Assembly: GCA_008369845.1 (NCBI GenBank)
Contig: MRSU01001220.1
Span: 1-49,192, forward strand
Direction of reading: 5' to 3'
Length of the DNA: 49,192 nt
Source of the DNA: Trichomonas gallinae
Taxonomy: Eukaryota
Position numbers and translations under genes: made by a program. This document shows positions 44,550-49,192 of the stretch, one piece after another. The notes under the pieces were generated by a model. That model had not been told where the DNA came from. It searched no databases and saw nothing but the letters and a program-made list of their open reading frames with translations. The stretch's first letter is position 1. Every line of letters starts with the position of its first letter.

Positions 44550-45067
44550 TAGTTGTAATTTAAATTTTTTTATAATAAACTTATTCTTTAATCTTAAATT
44601 CATCATTATAGCAAATTCACCTCATATATTGCTCAAATAAAGCAAAATGCGATGAAAATATGGTATATTAGCACATAAGCTATGAAAATATGGCTCAACA
44701 GGTTAATATCTGCTCATATTCCATTCCTGTAATGCTAAGTTGGTCTAGGTGCTGCTTGAATGGAAGATGAGTGAAATGAGATGCATCATAAAAAATACTT
44801 CCAAACTAATGATTGAATGCATCATTTATAGTTTTCTAGTAGAATTTCTTAGATAAATGAGTTTAAATTAAAGATATTTGATATGTATTTCATGTTATTC
44901 TGTAATAGATAAAAGAAATGATTACTTATCACTGGATAAAAAAATTGCAAAATTAAAAAAAAAATTATGTGAATAACAATTTAATATGCGTAATGCAAGT
45001 AAATATACGTGCATGTATTAGTAAACAAAGTCGAAAATTCTTTAAAAAAATAAAATCAACAAATCCG

Positions 45068-46084
45068 CTAGTTTTCTTCCATAAGTGCTTCAGAGATTTC
45101 AAACCTCTTTTCTTGCAGCTTGCATATAGCATCAGCTTTTATATTCATAAGCATTTTGTTCTGTTTGACTAGAATACCTATCTTAGATCTAAGGTCTTCT
45201 ATTGATTTTTTGAGGGCTCTTGGAGTCTGTGTCTCAGGTAATCTTCTCCATTGTGAATCTACGTCAGATAAAGTTGGATCTTTCGAATCAAAGTGTTCAT
45301 TAAGGATTTTCTTCAAACGATCACCGAATGTTTGCTTCTCTTCCTGGTTCAGATCCAAAAGAACTATCTTAGATACTGAGTATTTCTTTGATGCTTTATT
45401 GAGAGGAATCCTCTGAGTAGTATCTTCTTCCTCTTCCTTCGATTCTATGCTATTTTCTTCCACTGCTTGCGTTGCGCTTTCGATTTCTTCAATTTTCGGC
45501 CTTGCTGCTGATAATGGAAGAGTATTGTTACGTTTTATTATTTTTGGCATGTATACGCGTTCTACATTGATTTTTAGTTTCATTCCTGTGCCAGTTGGAG
45601 AGTCTTCTTTTGTTTTATCCAAAAAATCTTGAATTGTGTAAACATCGTCTTCAACTTCTGGTGATTGAACTGAGACATATCTCGTTACCTTTGGTGGTTC
45701 TTCATTGTCTTGGAACTCGCTATTGAATGAATTTCTTCTAGCTGCCGCCTTCTTTGGAGCTGGAGGCTTCGATAGTGGTGGAGGAGGTAGGAATGGGGGA
45801 GGAGGAAGATTGCATGAATGAGAGGTCTGTAAAGGTTTTTCAGATGGCACCGTAGCAAACTTTGCCTTCTTCATTGGCGGCGGAGGCCTCCTGACAGGCG
45901 GAGGAGGTAATATGTTTAACATATTGTTGTTGTTTCTTGGAAAATCGAATCCTCCTCCCAAATTATTCGAAAGATTTTGCTGTGGTGGCTCAAGACCGCC
46001 AGCAATGCCGGGGTTGTTGAATTCCTCGAGCTCGCTGCCGGAAATGATGATATTCTGCGACTGTATTTCGTTTAAATTGATCAT
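45068..46084 (-). CDS. Hypothetical proline-rich protein with C-terminal coiled coil
   Basis: 338-aa ORF; poly-Pro tracts; heptad-like C-terminus. Confidence 0.75.
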   Translation of the reverse strand: MINLNEIQSQNIIISGSELEEFNNPGIAGGLEPPQQNLSNNLGGGFDFPRNNNNMLNILPPPPVRRPPPPMKKAKFATVPSEKPLQTSHSCNLPPPPFLPPPPLSKPPAPKKAAARRNSFNSEFQDNEEPPKVTRYVSVQSPEVEDDVYTIQDFLDKTKEDSPTGTGMKLKINVERVYMPKIIKRNNTLPLSAARPKIEEIESATQAVEENSIESKEEEEDTTQRIPLNKASKKYSVSKIVLLDLNQEEKQTFGDRLKKILNEHFDSKDPTLSDVDSQWRRLPETQTPRALKKSIEDLRSKIGILVKQNKMLMNIKADAICKLQEKRFEISEALMEEN

Positions 46085-46301
46085 AAAATTTTTTATTTTT
46101 ATATTTTCTGAGCTCTCTCAAAATTTGAAAGCGTTGTAACAATTTTTTGATAAAACACATAGAATCGTATAAATTAACCTTATTTTGTCAAATTAAATAA
46201 AATCATATACAACAGTTACATTAAAGAGTGTTTTTTTATTTATTTAGTCCTTGAGGATATCTCTGAGCGATTGCCAGTGTTTATTCTCAATGGGATAGTT
46301 T

Positions 46302-48833
46302 TTAATTTAGTAATGACTGCTTTGAGTCAACAATTTCTTGTGAGATAATACCTTGGTTGTCTTTCTTCCTCATGAAGCAGAGGACGATGACAATAAGGAC
46401 GACGACTAATAAGGCACTTATCGATATTCCGACAGCCAAAATGACTGTTCTTTGCTTTGAGTTATCTGGGTTAATTGGCTGCTCTGCTGTTGCTGTTGGG
46501 ACTGGGATATCTGTTGGGGCTGGTACTGGGGATGCTGTTGGCCGTGGAGTTGGCTCTGGTGTCCTGGCTGGATACGGTACTGGTGGAGCGTTGTCAACCT
46601 TGTCGACGATAATATCGACATTGCCGTTGATAGCGAATGAGCTGGCCTTGGCCTGTGAGAGTGGGTGTCTGATGAGGACATCGGCGATTGTATCCCAGTA
46701 CATGATACCGGCTGCGCCTGTGTCTCTCATGTATTTCGATCTGAAATAGACATCATTGTATGAGCTGAAGTAGAAATCGTAGCCACCCTGGTTTGTCTGA
46801 TCTGTGTCTCTTGTGAAATTGTCTGCCATCAAAGCCTTGAGGTTGTTTTCACCTGGATATTCTGGTTTGTGCTGGCCATCCTTGAATCCATATGTTGTTG
46901 TTGTTCCGTAGCTCATGCACAAGTTGTCCTTACGGTATCCATAGTCAAGAACTCTGTTGAAGAAGTTGATATATGGCTGAGTTCTGTAAAGTTCGATGGA
47001 ATTTGGTCCATAGCACTGCATAAGGACGAGATCAATGTAGTTCAAAACATCCTTCGGGAATTGGTAAAGAGAAACGTGTGGTGTGACAGTCAAAATTTTA
47101 TCTTTGTTGAGCTTTGGCTTAAGCTTCTTAATGAAGTTACCATATGTCTCCCACTCCTGAGTGTTGTATGGCCATTCAAGATCGAGATCGCATCCGCTAA
47201 AATAAGGATTGGTATTTGTAATTTCAGCAATTTCGCTGGCCATTCTCTCGCACTTAACTGGATCAGCCAATGTATGGAGCCAGTTATCGTGTCCCATGAA
47301 GCTCAGGCAAATTCTGTAGCCTCTTCTGCCTTCATATGGTTCAACAACCTTCAACATGAACTCAACCCATGAGAACCAGTCGTAGCCCAAGTCATTAGGC
47401 TTATCGTAGCGCCACCAGCAGTCGTAGCCTGCCATGATTGGATATGGAATTTCCTTTTCGTATTCTGGCATTGGCATTCCGTTCCTCATGTCAGAGATTT
47501 GTGTGAAATCGTATGTATTCTGAAGAAGCGTTGTATCATCCATGTAGCCGTTGAAATTCTCGCCAACGATTGTTTCAACGCTCTCCATGCCTGTGTAATC
47601 AACCAATGAAGCAATGGCAGCTCCTGATGGACCAGATGTTGCATAGTCCTTCCAGTCGTTGATAACGAATTTGACCTGATGCAAAGCGCTATCGGCTGTA
47701 GCAGCAACTGACATGCCGAAGAAGTTCCACTTCTTGACTTCTAACTTGGAGTCAACTGTGTAAACGTTTCCGTGGATAGAAACAATGAGTTGCTTCTTAT
47801 CAACTGGGCCAAGCTTGATAACTAAGTGCTTTGTATCGCTGAGGTACTTCTTGATGATAACAACGCCTTCCTTCCACTCATCAATGTAGAGCCATGATGA
47901 GATAGTAATTTTGCCTGTTGCCATTGGAATTGTGCCGCAGTTCATCTTAGCTCCTTCACCCTTGAAGTGAGCAAGACCCTTTCTCTCGCCAAGCTGAGCT
48001 GTATATTCGGTATTTTCGAATGTAGCGTTAACGAATGGGAAATCAATCCAAGCATGACCATTGGCATCTGTCTTACCTGAAAGGACGTTCAAATTGTTTG
48101 TCAAGTAGAAATGATCTTTATCGACGTTTCCTTTGCCAAGTCTGTTGAAGTTGATATAAGAAGCAGCGATCATGTATCTGAAGTTGAAGTTATCTGTAAC
48201 TTGTTCGCGTGTAACACCATTAATAGAGACAGTTCCGTGATGATTGCCCTTGTAATCAACAATATTCTGGCATGTAAACTGGTCAAACTTATAGTAGGCG
48301 ATTAAATCATTCCAATTTGGATTGTACTCGTTCAATGTGTTTCTCCAGAAGTTTTCATATTCGCCGACCAACAAGCAGTGCCAAATTCTAAGCTCGTCGA
48401 AACGGCCTTTGTAATTGACACCGACGTACAGTGGCTGTTCCTCTGCTTGAAGAGCAGCATTAATTTTGACAACCTTCTTTTCAACGTTATCAACCAAAAA
48501 CTTCAGCTGTCCGTTTCCGTTCATGATAGTGATGTGTGTCCATACATTTGGTACCAATGCCTTTGAGCCTAACACGATATCTTGATTTGAAATGTGAAGA
48601 ATTAACTCGTTTTCATTGCCAAGAGTGAGTTTAAATGATTCACCCTTAGAAAATATATAGGATCCCTTAACCCATTCTGATGGATTCATCCAGAATTGGA
48701 TTGTAAATAAGTCTAAGTTGTCTAATTCTTTGAACCTGCCAAAGGAGAGGATACCCTCGCCATTGAAATTCAACGCGTAGTTGACTGGCAGTCCGTAAGA
48801 CATAGCATTACCAGCAAAAAGAGACAAAAACAT
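46302..48833 (-). CDS. Membrane-anchored GH18 glycoside hydrolase with two LamG/ConA-like domains
   Basis: Start moved to ATG 48833; LamG motifs (FTIQFWM, WTHITI, GRFDELRIW; TISSWLY, GYMDD); GH18 GCDLDLEWP (DxDxE) and GAAGIMYW; PT-rich stalk; TM; short tail. Confidence 0.9.
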   Translation of the reverse strand: MFLSLFAGNAMSYGLPVNYALNFNGEGILSFGRFKELDNLDLFTIQFWMNPSEWVKGSYIFSKGESFKLTLGNENELILHISNQDIVLGSKALVPNVWTHITIMNGNGQLKFLVDNVEKKVVKINAALQAEEQPLYVGVNYKGRFDELRIWHCLLVGEYENFWRNTLNEYNPNWNDLIAYYKFDQFTCQNIVDYKGNHHGTVSINGVTREQVTDNFNFRYMIAASYINFNRLGKGNVDKDHFYLTNNLNVLSGKTDANGHAWIDFPFVNATFENTEYTAQLGERKGLAHFKGEGAKMNCGTIPMATGKITISSWLYIDEWKEGVVIIKKYLSDTKHLVIKLGPVDKKQLIVSIHGNVYTVDSKLEVKKWNFFGMSVAATADSALHQVKFVINDWKDYATSGPSGAAIASLVDYTGMESVETIVGENFNGYMDDTTLLQNTYDFTQISDMRNGMPMPEYEKEIPYPIMAGYDCWWRYDKPNDLGYDWFSWVEFMLKVVEPYEGRRGYRICLSFMGHDNWLHTLADPVKCERMASEIAEITNTNPYFSGCDLDLEWPYNTQEWETYGNFIKKLKPKLNKDKILTVTPHVSLYQFPKDVLNYIDLVLMQCYGPNSIELYRTQPYINFFNRVLDYGYRKDNLCMSYGTTTTYGFKDGQHKPEYPGENNLKALMADNFTRDTDQTNQGGYDFYFSSYNDVYFRSKYMRDTGAAGIMYWDTIADVLIRHPLSQAKASSFAINGNVDIIVDKVDNAPPVPYPARTPEPTPRPTASPVPAPTDIPVPTATAEQPINPDNSKQRTVILAVGISISALLVVVLIVIVLCFMRKKDNQGIISQEIVDSKQSLLN

Positions 48834-49099
48834 TTTTATTTTGTCATGTTTCCTCTTATTTTTCGTGCTCAATGGATGACTATTATGCATGCAGCTCTAA
48901 ATCTATAAACAAAAAATCACAAAAATAAAAATGCCAGATTTTTTTTGGTTCACAATACGCTAAGAACTTCTTGGAACACTTATATTATCTCATTTCGGCC
49001 TGTATTAGACATGTGCGCAAAGATTCCTCTTGAGGGCCTGATGGGACTGGGACAAAATAGAACAACGTATTTTTTGCTGCCATGTAGAGCGATTTTTTC

Positions 49100-49170
49100 T
49101 GACATGTAAACCTGAAAAAAATTGGCGGGAAAATTAGGCGGGAAAAACTCGTAAAAACCGAAAAGTGTCA
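49100..49170 (+). promoter_or_regulatory. Promoter module, probably for a gene beyond the window end
   Basis: TGACATGTAAA 49100-49110; TTGGCGGGAAAA 49122-49133; second GGCGGGAAAA at about 49137-49146; AAAAGTGTCA 49161-49170. Confidence 0.6.
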
Positions 49171-49192
49171 GATCGAAGAGATTGCGGCATTA

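Noticed and set aside
1..49192. Spliceosomal introns, tRNA/rRNA, Maverick/mariner elements
   Set aside because: No ACTAACACACAG-type intron end noticed, main ORFs uninterrupted, and no cloverleaf, transposase/integrase ORF or long terminal inverted repeats seen by eye

Overview
AT-rich, apparently intron-free eukaryotic DNA, very likely from a trichomonad (Trichomonas vaginalis or a close relative). Support: Inr elements (TCAYT) just upstream of ATGs, an M3+M5 promoter on the ribosomal protein gene, AAAAGTGAC elements, TAAA poly(A) signals overlapping stop codons, and typical expanded families (Bap-like, Pmp-like, Myb, BEACH, ankyrin). About 21 intact genes: Bap-like secreted protein, small TM protein, R2R3 Myb, Zn-dependent PLC-like protein, MFS sugar transporter, bromodomain+ET protein, RPL13, FOP/LisH-like protein, small hypothetical, GT31-like protein, HMG-box protein, Pmp-like protein, SNU13, CFAP61, S28 peptidase, centrin, a probable divergent EDC4/Ge-1, TAF7, SP-RING protein, BEACH protein, proline-rich protein and a LamG-GH18 membrane hydrolase. 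There is also a disrupted SRP54 pseudogene, and decayed ankyrin/discoidin fragments lie in the spacers. Several supplied ORF starts were moved downstream to the likely ATG. Most interesting: (1) the EDC4-like protein; (2) a repeated promoter module TGACAYGTAAA + 2x GGCGGGAAA (E2F-like); (3) a recurrent intergenic TGACATGTAA motif; (4) a bacterial-type GH18 fused to a eukaryotic stalk and TM anchor. All family calls come from recognising motifs by eye, not from database searches. I found no CRISPR array, rRNA, tRNA or intact transposon, and no clear novel multi-gene system.
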